Assembly (NCBI GenBank): GCA_040954595.2
Contig: CM082596.2
Location: forward strand, 5,778,791-5,842,790
Direction: 5' to 3'
From: Balanoglossus misakiensis
Taxonomy: Eukaryota; Animalia; Hemichordata
Length of the DNA stretch: 64,000 nt
In this document: positions 49,401 to 64,000 of the stretch, piece by piece
Position numbering within the stretch: the first letter of the stretch is position 1
Layout of the letters: every line of letters starts with the position of its first letter
Notes under the pieces: generated by a model
The model's database searches: none
Told to the model about the DNA's origin: nothing
What the model saw: the letters and a program-made list of their open reading frames with translations, nothing else
Made by a program: the position numbers and the translations under genes

Positions 49401-52400
49401 CACTGTAAGACCCCTTGCTACACACAAGTCCCAGAATTAGTTTTGAGACCAATCACCACTGATGATACACGTAATAGAAGTGGACGCAGCTAAAAACCAG
49501 CTATAGGAACTTGAATTTCACTTTGGGCAGCACAGATTTTTTTTTACAGAAGTTCACATGAAAATAATTCAACTTACAACTTGCGACTTTTTTCCACTAT
49601 CTTTCCTCTTGATAGTTTCATCTTTTGAGTTGTCGTCATCCTCCTCCTCCTCCTCATCTTCTTCGTCGTCGTCGTCATCATCATCATCATCCTGGAGAGA
49701 AGAATACACCATATGAGTACAACCAATGTTAACCCTAATAACATCATGTAAATCTATGAGAACGCAGTCTTCAGGTGAAAGTGATAAGCTTTGTAAAAAC
49801 ACTGCTCATCTTACCTCATTCTCATCACTCTCTCTCCCAGAATCCTTTGCATCACTTTCCTCCTGACCAAACACAACTCTCCGTCTCGTTCTGCCATCTT
49901 TTTCGATGATCTTTTCAACTGGCAGTGTTGCTGTGTTCCTGTCAAGCAAGCATTTGGCAGAAAATTTGAAAACAGTTTTAGTAATGTGTGTATGCACTAT
50001 ATTCAACACTGCGAATTTCGAAAATATCCACAATGTACATGCATTTACCCTGTAACTTGCTCTGAGCTGATCGGTTGCGATTCTTGAAAAAGTGAGAGTT
50101 TGCTGGCAGCCATCTTGCTATCGATCGTCTGCTGTGTTCCGATGATGTTACTCACAAGTTCATTGGTTGGTTGTTCTTCTTCCTGCAGAATGCACATAAA
50201 TTTTTAAAATAATACATATACTGCAATATTAAAGTACTCTAAATTTCCCAGTCGTGACATGTCCCCTGTATGGCTAAGGATTTTGATGTTCTACATACCG
50301 TTATAGTTTGACTGTGTGTCTTCTTATCGCCAAGGTCTACATACACCACATCTTTGTCATAGACAATGCCCCCGACTCCTGACAACGGGGCATAAATCAG
50401 CCTCTCTCTTTCATTCAAGGCTCTCTTTTTATGCTTTTCCGGCAGTGGGCATGGATCTGGTAGGAATGTAATGTCCTGCACAGGAAAATCTCCACATCCT
50501 GTCAGATAGAATAAAAGAACTGCATGAGGACAATGTCATTTTTTTCAATTCCAGATGCACTATATAAGCATAACACCAGTCACCTCAAGGTCTACTACCA
50601 AAGTCTTTGCCCAACTCACCTGGTATGTGGACATTGCTGTTGGCTTTCAAAGGTGTACCACGCACATATCCATACAATGCTATCATTCTATCACATTTGG
50701 AATTCTGACGGATCTGCTCGGGATCTGTTAAATCTTCCATTCTGACAAAAAAGACAAGAAAATAAATGTTGTAAATATTTTTTTAGATAGAAGTATGCAT
50801 GTAAATCCAGAGAATATAAAGAGAATCAATAAGAACCTGCACGATATTCCCAATCTTGAAATTTACGTTCCTTCTCTCTTGTCTAAGTATCCCTGATGAT
50901 TTCTTTCAAATCGTTCAGTGCACACAAGTCCCAGTTCATGTGTGGAAAGTCCAAGAGAACCCCAACCCACCTGTCGGCGACCACGTAGGGGTGAGTGGAT
51001 CTCCAGATGAGCGGCCGGAACTTCATCACGGAGATGAACCTCCCCAGATTGTGTACGTCCGCCCGGTTGTACTCTCCGTGCACCATGCCGGAGACGTAGA
51101 ACAGCTTGGCGCCCTGGTAGATCTCCGTCCAGAAGCGGTGCTTCATGCGCTTCTTGGTCTTCTTCAGCACCTTGCTGTTCTTGAAGGTGTCCAGGTGGGT
51201 CAGCACGCCCATGATCTTGGGGAAGCCGTGCACTTGAACTATGTTCAGGAACTCAAACGTTTCCATCTCAAAGCCGAAGCTGGCATCGATCATCAGAAGC
51301 ACCTATCAGGATGAGAATATCAATGAAGTGTAAGTTGTGTGCAACATATGTGGCATCAAATCTTATGTGCAACATATGTGGCATCACATCTTATGTGCAA
51401 CACATGTGGCATCACATCTTATGTGCAACATATGTGGCATCAAATCTTATGTGCAACATACGTGGCATCAAATCAGGTCCAATAATCATTATCATACAAG
51501 GTAAGCGAACTGCAATATATTTTCAGCTCTGAGTGAGTCTGAACAACCAAGCTCGAGTGATTGACTCATTGGTAAATGAGTGCTTGTTCTACTTACCAGA
51601 TCAGCCACCTTTGCTATGTCAATCATGCAGTTGATATCATTTTTACATTCCAGCAATGTCAGTCTACGTCTTTTACCTGCAAGTGCAAGTAGACAGACAT
51701 TAATTAAAACTACATGTATACTGTTGCCACAAAAGATACATGGTGGTGGAGGGCATACTATTGTGTCAGTCAGACAGTCATCAACCATGCAAGGGATGCT
51801 GCCTGTGTTAATTGACTATAGGATAATTAATTACCAAAAATATTCTGAGGACACTGTTCCTTTGTGCAACCCACAAGTGGGTCATTTGGGTATGAAATTT
51901 TGGGACTCTATTTTTTATGTTTTTTTGGGGGATTAATATGTCCAGTACCTGACACAACGGTAACTGGTCCTTGTACGTTTGGTAAATTCTGTCTTGTAAA
52001 ATTTCTAATCAGGCCTTGTATGAGTGTGCTTTTCCCAACTTTTGGTGGTCCGACTACTGCTACAACAATTGGCGGTGGTTCTAGTGGTGTTCTATCGACC
52101 AGTGGGATGTGGTGTTTCTTTGTCTGGATGTCAAGCGTCCTGAAAATAAGCACATATACAGATATGTTTTGAGGGCATTTTTTTTTCAAAATGCTCATTT
52201 TGTAATTTTAATTTCAACTCTGTCACTCAGTCTCCTCAGTACAGAACAACTTTACCATATAATATAATGGATTTAGACCAAACCATGGTAGTGACAGAGT
52301 TTAAGACAAACAGAAATGAAAAGCACCTTCTGACCGCTCGCGTTCTTTTCACAACGGACTGCACAGCGAATGCCTTGGGATTTCTCTGACGATCTGTCAA

Positions 52401-52499
52401 TTCTTGCTCATGTTCATTCTTCTTCTTTTTCTTCGCTGCCTTCGGACCACTCTGTCTTGCACGGTGCAGCTTGCTGCTTCTTCCCTCATCATCTGCCAT
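43494..52499 (-). CDS. BMS1: Ribosome biogenesis GTPase BMS1, ~24 coding exons
   Basis: Start [30 protein letters not shown] (52499); P-loop [11 protein letters not shown]; [32 protein letters not shown]; [15 protein letters not shown]; [10 protein letters not shown]; [27 protein letters not shown]; [16 protein letters not shown]; stop 43496-43494; polyA signal ~43340. Confidence 0.97.
44021..44105. mobile_element. piggyBac-like MITE in a BMS1 intron
   Basis: TTAA|CCCTTTCACC...GGTGAAAGGG|TTAA. Confidence 0.8.
44516..44614. mobile_element. Short Tc1/mariner-pogo-like MITE (related fragments at ~9315-9380 and ~35345-35400)
   Basis: TA|CAGTGAACACTGT...ACAGGTTTCACTG|TA. Confidence 0.55.
51339..51474. 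repeat. 28-bp minisatellite x~5 in a BMS1 intron
   Basis: GTGCAACATATGTGGCATCAAATCTTAT. Confidence 0.92.
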
Positions 52500-54900
52500 G
52501 ATGTTTATGATCAAACTCAGCCTGTCAACAAGATCAATTACCAAGACACTCAAAACTTTTAAACGTTTCTTTGATTATTTGCACTTTCAGTGAAAAGACA
52601 TCTAACCCCCTTTCCTCATGGGCCCGGCTAGCCTGGTCCCATACCAAATTCTACAGGTATGTGTTTTAGCATCTAAAACACACTGGTATGGGGCATCTAA
52701 AACACACTACGGTTATACGTTACGATAATTCAGTTTAGACCCTCTGCAAACATTAGATCTCAAAATTTAACCCTGCAATATTTAATTCCCTTACCGCTAC
52801 AACTCGTCGTTTTAGTCAACGATCGGTGGAACTTCTAGATATCAGCTGATATTATTCGTCAACACGTGTTGTTGATTGCGAGCATGGACGTCGCCATATT
52901 GGAAATGGGGGAATCCCCTTTCCCATTTCTGCCGCTGGCTGCGCTGTGCTTTGTTGGCGTGATAAGGTCATTCAAAAGGTCATTTACTGCCACAGCCAGG
53001 CCTCTTGGCCAAAGGCCTCGGCTTTAACGGTTTATTTGCAACTTTTGTGACCACACAATTGATACAAACTGGATGCAAGTCGCTTTGAAACACAACTGCT
53101 TGAAAATCAAAATGTACTACCCCAATTTTCTATTATTATTAAAAGTAATTCCCCATCTTACATTGGTCTAATCTTGTTTGCAATCAACCCCAGCCTTGAT
53201 TGTAAGGGTATCAGTCATTTATTCCCTTGCCTAAGTCTCACCCCATTCCCTTGCCCGAGTAATGGTATTAAATACTCAAACAAAAAGAAACTTTTCTACT
53301 CAGACCACATGTAGAGTGATTAAATACAACTCAATTAAGAGCAATAAAAGCTTTTTTTGTGTTTAAACTGTTAATTTCATTGGGTTTATACATACATTAT
53401 CTTCCTTTTTACCCTCAAGATTTTTTTTTATGAGAATACTTTATATTGCTGGGATTTGGAAAAGTAGTATGCACCCTGAAAATCAAAGTCTTAAACTGTT
53501 CCTCATATTTTGCTCAAGGCAACTTTAGATTATTTTCTCTTAAAATTAAACAATGATAAAATTATGCCTTCTTTGAGTTAGAAACTGGCTACAAATGTGG
53601 TACAGCCCAAAGCTAACATACAGACAGAGAGGCCTTTTTAGCCACGCCCAGGTCCCAGACAAGAACATGCATTTAGCGTGAATAACACTGTTGTCAGTTA
53701 GTTAATTTGAGTTGTACCATGTTGATTGTAAGAGCTGTTGTGAATGAATATGGCTGTGAATGGCAGAGTGCAGAGAAGCGTAAGCCAGGGGGTGACCCAA
53801 AGTGATTCAAAATACACCTACTGCTAATGTTGTGTGTCTATGAATAAAAGCAGTTAACGGTAGACAAAAGACAAGGGTATAATAGATTTGCCTTTAATGT
53901 GGAAATCAGTGTATTACGTATACACCCAAGCGATTGACTACTATTTGACAGTACCTCCCGCTGAACGAAAAGTTTCAGGGTGTACTTTCGGGTCATGATC
54001 AATATCTCGAGCAGTTTCTAGAAGCTGGACATTATATGTGGTCCCGGAATGTGATAGCTGTTGTGTCTGGGATAGAATGTCTTCCCAGTTGGTAGCTTAT
54101 GTTATGTAATCTATGCAGTGAAAGTGCCGAAGTCGGTAGGTATTGTCAGCATAATGCAAACTGGATATTTTACACTGCCAACTAATGCATTTAATTTTAC
54201 TGTTCTGATACTATATCCCAGCATTGCAAAGTGTACGTACATACGGACTGATATTTTATACTGTTAGACATTAAAACTTAAGAATCCCCCAAATTTCCCT
54301 GCGCACTGCCAGCTGTCACTGAATGATATGCATCATGTATGCGGGCTGTGGTACAATTTAAAGGGACAGTTGGCAATGTTGATATGATTTCTCTCACTGT
54401 TTCTTGTGCATGTGAATTACATAGAAAAGACCCCTTTGCCAGAGTGGCATCCCCCCTCCCCCAAATATTCTGGCAAAGTTGTATGACTCTCAAACATTTC
54501 ACCAAATTCTGAACATTTTGATTCTTTTCATTAATGTCTGATTCACGAGTTCAAAAGTTCATTTTTATAATCGTAGATATGACGCCAGAACTTGATAGGT
54601 CAGGTCGTAACAGAAATTGATCCGGTCTTCTTTGATAATAATATCTTGATGCTCGACGAGCATTTGCTCATCCAGAGACGATTTATGAAAGACAGCACTG
54701 AACAGGTGGTCTAGATCTAACAGCATCTCAATCACGTTCACACTGTTGATATTTCTACAGCTCCACATTGGTATGGCATTCACTGTGCCAGCCACAACTT
54801 GAGAACAAGATCCTTTTTTTCTTGCTCTTCTTTAATCTTGGATGATTTTTGATTGTTTTCTCGGATGATGTAGCTAATCGGCGGGAGGCAAGACGTCGAG

Positions 54901-55005
54901 ATGTCTCACTGGAGAGAAGATCAGATTATTTTGGCTCGTCTCAGAGCAATGTCGGTACGTCGGCCATGGATGGACAAGAGACGCAGAAAGACCTACTCGT
55001 TTGAG
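54901..55005 (+). CDS. Putative first coding exon of an unidentified gene divergent from BMS1
   Basis: MSHWREDQIILARLRAMSVRRPWMDKRRRKTYSFE followed by a consensus donor GAG|GTAAGA (phase 0) in a locally CpG-rich patch. Confidence 0.45.
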
Positions 55006-58000
55006 GTAAGAATTATACTCTTGCTTTATTACAGTCCCCTTCCAAATTATCAACTGGAAAAAGTCTCAGCTAAGAATAAAGTATTAACCATTCTTAAAAA
55101 TAAAGAATTTTTAAAACTTTTCTACAGCTACTTTAAGAATTTTTTCTTCCTGATTGTACTTATTTTTCTAGACAAACTAATGCAAGAATTGTGTTTTATA
55201 TACTTTCAATTTATAAGTTGTCAGACTATCATGAGGGCAGAGTGTTCTGATTTATCAAAATTTCACCATTGAACAATAAGACTGGTGTGCGATTACCAAA
55301 GTACAAAAATGAAGGATTGCAATACTTTAATATTTATGAAAGTTAACAAGAAATGATCATGATTTTTGAAGTTTGCCAACTACATTTAATCAACTGCTGA
55401 AAAGTAGCAGAGCTGAGAAAATACAGGATAGTTTGTAAGATTGTTACTAGCCTACTGAGGACTGTGTTTACGTTGTAATCTCACGAATTGGAGTTTTGGG
55501 ACCACTGTTAATTGGTTGTTAGTTGTTGGGAAATGACTCCTTGGAGATTTGACTTTTCGCTCTGACTCAACAATGAAGCCAGTGTATTTTATGCTATATG
55601 ACACTCACATAGGTTGTAATATGGAAGCTAATATTAAAAAGTTCACCAGAGATTGTGCCAATAGCCTCAATACAATACCAATAAACTTCTGAATTATTTT
55701 CACAATGTCATCCAGGGACATTGTGAGGACAAAGAAATGAATAAAGATTTTCAAGGATGAAATAACAATTCTCATTAAATCGAGACTCATTTTGAAGGAT
55801 ATGAAATCTACATGTAATTTTAAAGTCAATGCAGGAAGTTGTAATTAGGTATTATGTCTTGTCTACGTGAGTTTATGGAATCTCTGATTTGTGGAGTACT
55901 ATATTCTCTATTGCATAAAAGTTTTTTAAAAGACTTTGAGAATTATTTGAAATCTGAATTATATCATTAAAAATGCACCAGAATCACTGACAAATCTAAT
56001 GAAAAACTTGTAGTATTAAATTGTTAAATTTTTATTTGCTTTCAAGCCAATTTAGCAGTTTATGTGTTGACGGTATACCAGCTCAAAACCAGTATCTGAG
56101 GTTATGAGTACATTGAACTCACCATACAAGCAAACCGACATATTGTTGTCACATATGGTGATACATGCAATTTTTCTAACGTCACTGTATTTTAATTTGC
56201 GTCATCCGTCTGAACATTCATCCATCACATGGTTGCACTTTTCACCAAGGCTGTCAGTTATAGTTTTTCCAAAAATGTGGTGAAATGTGTTGGAAACACG
56301 TGCTCTGTATTTTTGAGAATTTTCGTTATGCATTGAACAATTAGGTTTTGCAGACATATAAAATTATTTTGTTGTTAAAAGTACATCGTTTAAAAATATC
56401 TAGAAATTTTCATTTGATGTGAAATTTCCTTCAGTTGTTAAGTTTATTCCTGCCATTTGGTTCACATCCACTTGTCTGTTGTTGAATATCATGCGCACAG
56501 CTGTTTTGAGATCTGGCAAGGGTTCAAGGGATTTCTTGTGAGTGAAATAGCGCCACTTGTGGTAGGCTAAGCTCCTGCTGATGACTTCTGTTTTTCTGTA
56601 AACTTTGTTCAAACTTTCATGTCAACAGACAGAACACACTCTCACCACTTTCACATAAAAATTTAATTGGTGAAATTGGGACCTTGCTCTGTTTTGACCA
56701 AAACACTTTTGACTTGACTAGTTGTTCTGATGGCAGTTATGAACTATGTGTATACTGGACTTGAATTCAATTTTCAACAGAGACAGTCAATGCTGACTGT
56801 ACTACATGTTGACAAACAACATGTACATGTAAATACTGAGCATTTCATCACGCTCTCACGGGACAAACAATGAACTGAAATTGATACACAGAGCAAACAC
56901 ACTGAACAGCCCAAAAAAAACTTACAGCTAATGGACCTTTAATAACAACTTGGTTAATGATTTAATTTGAAGTGGTTTCATTGCTATGGCAATACAGGTA
57001 TGCCAATTCATCATAGTGCCACTTATCTCACTGCAATGTCATTTTAACTCGTTTTGAATTACTAAAGATCTGTTTTACTACAAGAGTGTGACCAAAATAC
57101 CTCATGATAGTCGTAATTCAAATGCCATTAACACTTCGACTTTGCCAAAGTGGTGTTAACATGTCTTAAGAATGTGACATGACATTTGGTGGACGTGTAG
57201 TCGAAAATCACTTTTAATTGGAAGATTGACTTAATAATAGAGTTCATCCTTTTTGCCAGAAATTGTTCGCAATGAAATATTGATAAAAATCCTGATCTGT
57301 AAGAGTATATCAGAATGGAAGGTGCAATAATCTTTGAATCAAAATGCAATGAACTAACTTTTAAAGATTACAGGGCATCACGTAAACATTTATGGTGCCT
57401 TAATAATTGAACAAAAAAAATCATAGACTGTTCACTTGTCAACTTGGGTGGAGCTGAAAAGGTGAAATTACTGAATGAATTTCATGAAGCTTGTCTGTTA
57501 ACAATAAGAGCAGTGAAGGCCTGAATGAATTTGCATTGAAGTTGGACCGACTGCATGTACAAAAGCACTTGACCATGTATGTTGGAGTTATTTGTTTCGC
57601 CTGCAATTCAATGCTGTCTATTTGTGTAGTCATGCATCTCAAATGCATGTTTCTGAAGGTTAACTGGCTTGCAGTTGAAGGCTACGAAATTATATGTGGG
57701 TCATTTCTGAAGGCAAAGATTTTCAATACAGATCATAGTAGACAATTTTAGAGTTGGTGTGCTACACAATTCAGATATCATTCATAATTTCTGGAAGAAC
57801 TGAAACAAAATATTAAAATATATGTTGTCAAAATTTAAACAATGGTCATTTTCATGGTCAACATTGTTCTGTCAATGTCTGTGTCCTTTTGATGTCTTTT
57901 GTCTGGTGACGTTGTTCTTGGTATGTTAACACACGTATCGCGTGCAAAAGTGTACCAACAATTTTTTGATTATATGCAGATTATATGCAGAGTTTTGATG

Positions 58001-58693
58001 CAAAATGTTTTAGTAATTTCCTGGAAATTGTCAAAAATCAATACAAACCAAAGACGAAACTCAGTGTGTAACTTTTGATCCAACAGGAATACAGATTTCT
58101 TGCTTTTTGTACCGATCGAGTCATTCTCCGATCTGTTACGGCCGAGCTGTTTTTACCAGAAAAAGTCACATCAGAATTGAAATACTCTGCGATTCAGCGT
58201 GACAGGATATATGGCCTGTGATGTGTCGCTTGGACTTGAGCAAGTTAATGATCAAGTGAATGTCGTCACAGCTGTTGATATTTGCCGACCACTTAACTGG
58301 GAGTCAGGTATTTTATGACAGTTCCGCTTGTGTTTTTGAATGAGCTGCCTCCTATACACCATTCCCATTGATCTGCTATCTCGCGGACGGACAGACCGGG
58401 CTAAGTGCGTACACCGAAATTAAGACACAGTGAAGTAGGTCGATCGGAGACCAATCTACCGATTTACATAAAAACTGATTAAGGTGTTTAGGGTTGAGTA
58501 ACAAACGTGATTATGTAGCAGTAGAGATCAACTTGATTCATCGAATCTTAGGGGTGTAACAATTCTCAAGTGCAAGAGTGCCTCTGGGGGGATCCAGATG
58601 AGTTGATTACGGAATTCTATCTCTAATCGGCTGCTGTATACACCTGTTGGATCTGGAGCCCAGTGCCAAATGCAGAACAGTTGGACGTGACCC

Positions 58694-58738
58694 ATGGCCA
58701 GCGTTACATGTTGTTTGTGTGGAATGTCCGATAAGCTG
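58694..58738 (+). CDS. Putative alternative first coding exon
   Basis: Kozak-like CCCATGG, MASVTCCLCGMSDKL then CTG|GTAGGT (phase 0), preceded by a ~600-bp CpG-richer UTR-like stretch. Confidence 0.35.
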
Positions 58739-61700
58739 GTAGGTGCATGTATGCCCACACACACACACAGTACATGTATACGTATGTGTACACACACATT
58801 TATATCTACTACAATGCTGCTATTAATTAATTTTATGCTGATAGGCACTCATATAATGAAACAGGACCAGATGTTTAAACTATATGCCCATTGTAACTGT
58901 TCCTGTTTGATTTTATGACCGTCCTACTTTTTTCAATTTTATTACGTCTGTCCAAGCAGAAAATGACAGAGTTATAGGTTGCCCAGACTTACACTATAGC
59001 TAATATCCAAACAGATGGGGCTTCATGAAAATCTCTGTGATCGGGTGTAGTATAATACTATGGTATAATTGGATTTATTTATGTCATCCTCATAGCTTGA
59101 CCCTTGCACCCCCATTTCTCAATACAGTAGTGAAGTCTTATCATTGGAAACAATTGGGTTATAGACCTCTGAACTTGAAAAGTTTGCCTATAGTGTGTAG
59201 AACAGAGAAGTTTTATTTACACCTTTAACTTCCTACGTTCCAAAGACCACTTCTGTATACAATAATTCAATCTACAAGTATTATGTCAGACAAGCGTAGT
59301 ATATAGCCTGAGCTCTAAACGTTTTGAAAAGCTACGCTACAATGCACCATAAGAACTCTTGGTTCGATCACAATAACTATAGAAGACATAAAGTTGTACA
59401 AGAAAGTGTGAAAAAAAGGCCTGTCTGAATCTGATCATTGCAATGGTTGAACGGAATTCAAAGGCCTTAACAAACACAAGTCGTACCGTCATATTGTTCA
59501 TTTGTTTTACTCTCAAACTACGAGCAATTTGCTCAATCCACCTTGTTTCCAAACACTGCACAGCAAACTATTAGATGTGTTTTTTTGCTGCATTTTTTTG
59601 CTGTCAGCATTCAAAGCTGAACGCACTTCTGTGTGTACAAAGTTTTAGGTTGTATAATCAGCCAGGGGTAGTTGATTGTTGCATTTTTGGTATGTTTGTG
59701 CTCCAGTTGTAATTTCTTTGAGCCGGAATCGAGTCAATAAAGAGGTTTAAATGTCTTGTAATACCGTATTTGATCACAGGTTTCACTCAGACAAATCAGG
59801 CAATGAAAGCATAACGCAGATTTTCAAATTTCGTCCCGACCTTCAAATTTTAGACGATAATAATGCCAAGACTTCTACATTGAGAATGCTTGAAATGCTA
59901 CGGTTGAATGGAGTGTAGGACTCGATGAGTGGACGTATCTGTCAACACTACAGCCAGCACTGATCATATTGACTCAAGGTTTAGACAAACTGGCTCAGTT
60001 CATAGCTAATGCAGAGACAGTCGGAGCGTAAACATGGATGTTTATGGTTGCATTTGACCCCAAGGGAATTGCGTTCTTCTGAAAAAGCCACGTTCAAATT
60101 CGTGATGACCAGTCGCGACCAGTCTTGGCACTTTGAGCCTGTGCAGTGGGAACCTAGTACCACACAAGTGTTATTTTGATAGCAACAGTAATTTTTAACG
60201 GTCATAAAGATCATTTTTATGTGTGGCCACTTTTACTACCAGCCCTCCCTGTGAGCGGCAGTGGTGGGTGGGACTTGGAGGTGAGAGTGGTGGTAACTAA
60301 TTCAAGACAAAATGTTTCTAATTATGCAAGAATAATTGAAATTTAAATGTTTTAATGTGTTTGTACAGATGTCATCAGTACACTGAGAATAAGTTTGAAG
60401 TAATTCAGTAGTTGATTAGTGATGTATAATAGATGGGATTATCTGAGGGTATTTGAGGTAATGCTGGAAGAAGCCTATTGGTATCTTAGCATGTAATCTG
60501 ATCTCCACCAATTAAATTGGCTCATTAGTCTGTAATCTGCCTGTAATTTACCATATATATGTAAATTACATTGTAATTATCCTAATACAATTAATTACCT
60601 TGTCTACTCAGTCTGTTTAGGGAGAGTTACTAGTACCAGAACCTGTGATGGGGATTATAATTATTTGAAACAAAACAATGTACTCCTGAACATTTTTGGC
60701 ATGCTGGGTTTATTGCTATGGGCAAAAAACACCAAGAAAACCAGACAGCTTCTATAAAGACTTAAATGGTTTGTTAAATGTTTTGTTTTGTTGATGTAAG
60801 GCTTGTTATTCCGACTCTCTGTTTCAACTTAACTGAAGTAACAGTTTCAACATAAACTTGTAAAGTACTTCACACTAGACTGTACATAGACCTTTGTAAA
60901 ATGAGGTCAGGGTTATACATGTTTATTTTCTGTTAGTCCAATACAACTGTTAAGACCACTGACTTCATTCTGTATCAGATAATCTTTCGGGTATTCCCCT
61001 ATTCAATGACAGTAAAACGTATTATCGTACGATTTTTTCGGGTAATTTCGTCACTTTTGGGAACACTGAAAATTAAATTGCAGTCTATAGCTAACATGAG
61101 TTTGCAACTCAAAAATTGTTAATGTTTGTTCGAATTCGTCAAAAAAGCTACATGAGAACAGTGGAGTATACGTCGTTCAGATATGTCTGTCAGCTAGCTA
61201 GCACACAGCGCTGGCCACTTTGGGTTGCATTGTGACAAAAAGTCAATATTGACTTTGAACGTTAAATGCCAGAATTAGTTTGAACTTTCATGCATAGTGT
61301 AGTCACAGTGACAACACAGTGACAGAGAAGAGATGGTAACAATAACAAAGTTTTTTATTTAAAAAATACCAGTAATATAAATTTGACATATTACAGCTTG
61401 TTATTTTCAGTCATAAACTTGTCTTTCAACACAAGTCAATTTTAATTTACAAGTGAATTTTTGCATAATTATTAGCTTGTCAGAAATTGTTACTGGGGTT
61501 TATTCATTGTCATTAGAGTCTGTTATGTTTGTTGGTATATGGGCAAATGTCTTTGTCATTATAACTGTGACTGTTTACAAACTGACAGAAACATTGAAAT
61601 AGAGTACAGTTATCAATGATATGTGTTGATAAGATCTTATCAGATTGTTTAAACTTTGCATGTTACTTTTAACATGTACACTTAGCATACACTCAGTGTA

Positions 61701-64000
61701 CTAATTTGGCAGAGCAAAGTCCCACAACAGTAAGCCTTGCTGAATATATCAGAAGTGCAAAATTTTTACAAAAGGAAAGTGGGAAAATCGTATTGATATT
61801 ATTAGATAGTTTAAGTCAGTGTATTATCACGGATCGATTTGTTGCATAAATTGTGGCCAACCACAACCGTTATATTTTTATCGTCATAGAGGTGCAAAGG
61901 TCAAATCAATTGACATAGTTATCAACCAGACCTGGTTGTAGTACAGTATGAAGGTCACTAGGCAAAAATTTCAGTTGTAGAGTCCTTGCTTTGCAAATAA
62001 ACTTTTTTCCATATTTATAATCAATCACATTACCCACAATGCCATGCATGTCTGCAAACTGTTGAAACATCACTTTAAAAGTGGTGAAAAAACACAAAGA
62101 AAAATGTTTGAAAACTGAACACAGCTGAAGTTAATAACCAATGATAACTGAGCCTCATGCTACATGTGAGTAGACAGCTGGTAGTTGTCTGAGAAAATAA
62201 CGACCTGAAAGCAACCTCCAAGTTGCTCAACAAGTGACCTTTGACACATCTCTGCCCTACAAGCAGTAAATAGTCTGATAATTTCTGATAATTGGTGATA
62301 GTGTTATCTTTTATTCTTTCTAGTGGTTCAGCTTAATGCACTTCATATCTTATCTCAGACTCTGTGGTGATAATCAGCTTTTTTCTCTCTCTCTCTCCCT
62401 CTCTCTCTCACTGGTGTTGAATCTAATTTCATGTTTCTTCCAATGTAGATGGCAAATGATGATGATGATTGTCCTAAAAATTATCAGGGCTTTAATAATA
62501 GCAATAATCACATTGCAATAAAGTCTTTAAGTGATGGCAAAGGTCATGAAGTGTAATATGACCGACTTTTATGATACATCTTCAAGTTTCTTTTGGCCGT
62601 TATTCTATCTAGTTTTAGCAAGGCCATTTGTCAGATAAAAAAACTGTGGTTCCCTCCCAATCTGTGGCTACTATTTTGGGGTCCAGCATGCTGCATTGCA
62701 CATGTTCGTTCCAGGGTTGAGAGAGGTTACTTCGCCCCGAGTCCAGTCAGAGAGATTGAATTTCAGGGACATTGGTGTTTGTGTGTATAGATTGGTTGGA
62801 GGGCATGTGCAAATGCCATTCAAATTTAGTCACACTCAACAAAGAGAAGAAAAAGCCTCTGGGGGCTTGACTTGTTCATTATGCATAGGTCATCTGAGGT
62901 CAGGTTCAAGGTCATTGCATACAACATGTAAACAAGTCTAAACTTGTAGAAGTCTTGTTGGTTATTTTCTACATCAAAACTTAGTAATGTGCAATATTCA
63001 TCAAATTATTTAAAAAAATATTGGTGCCTCTTTTTATTTAGTTTATTTTGTCAAGCGGTAATTTTGTCTATTACATGTCATCTTTGTTATCAAAAAGTCC
63101 CATCCTCTCAAAACTTTACTTGGACATGTGGTGATTATTCACAAAATCCTTTCAAGATGTTCTGCGGCTGTCAGTGATCAAATTGCACCATGTCTGGTGA
63201 ACATGTGGTATAAAATTACTATAACCATGTGTTTTATCTGGTATGTTATTGTTGTGTTTTTATTATCTTCAAACCCCAAAAACTAACAAGCAAACAAAGA
63301 CACACACATGCAAAATAAAGCCACGCAATTTCTACCACATTATAAAACTATTTTGGTCAAACAATTATTTTGGATGAGATAGTTGATTGAAATTTCTGTT
63401 CATTATTGGTCCGCAAGCGAATATTCCCTCCAAGGAGGACAACTACAGGTCACACTACTACATGACCAACCAGATGTAAATGACAGTAACCCTACGAGGT
63501 GATTGAACACTGATCTGACAGTTTGATGTGTGTGTATTGGCATGTATGCAATTACAAGAAGTGATTTTTTATCAATGTCTTGCGGGGTTCACGTCAATTA
63601 AAGCAATCAGACTGAAAAATGTTATAAATTTTGGGTTGTCACGCGATCTTCTCCACCAGATTGAATTTTATTTCTTGGTGAAGTTGTAACTGGTTTCCTC
63701 CGTGCTCTGGTGAGCACCTGACATTAGATATCAGAAGGGAAAAAAGTATGAAATAATATTATGAGAGCTGTCGTTATTTAAAGCGAGATAGGGTGACACA
63801 AACAAAGGCCACATGATGTCTCAATTGCAAGAGAGAGGCAAAGATAGGCCATCAGAAATCTTGCTCAAGTGGCCGGTTTTAAAAATATCACAGCTTTGGG
63901 CGTAACTGTCACTGAAGACTGTTCACCGAATCAGTTCTTGTCTTGTGGCAATGTGCGGTGCTCAACTTTTTAACGACCTTGTCTCCGCGACATTAAGTGT

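Noticed and set aside
43494-52499. Intronic snoRNAs in BMS1 or CDC27
   Set aside because: No convincing sense-strand C/D box pair with terminal stem seen by eye; H/ACA RNAs cannot be excluded without a scan.
55300-64000. Short ORFs in the last 9 kb
   Set aside because: No recognisable domains or splice-consistent exons apart from the 58694 candidate; likely intronic.

Overview
Intron-rich, AT-rich eukaryotic DNA; gene and repeat style suggests a marine invertebrate deuterostome (inference). Protein-coding content: two tandem minus-strand CUB-domain cell-surface genes (one complete: signal peptide, 4 CUB, 4 sushi, TM, long Tyr-motif tail), a shiftless (SHFL) antiviral homologue on + with an unusual KH-like N-terminus, CDC27 (-), an intronless CFAP97D/hemingway-like gene (-) whose last codons are split off by a 2.1-kb foldback transposon with a 9-bp TSD, BMS1 (-), and probable first exons of an unidentified + strand gene after 54.9 kb. 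The most unusual object is a ~10-kb nested inverted-repeat structure at 10.4-20.5 kb. It has oppositely oriented 87-bp tandem arrays flanking an inner palindrome that carries four tRNA-like Pol III promoters. Two of these appear to head convergent ~430 and ~555 nt structured RNAs with near-identical 5' halves, different 3' domains and adjacent oligo-T terminators. All calls were made by eye with no database search; exon boundaries are hand-placed at GT/AG sites.
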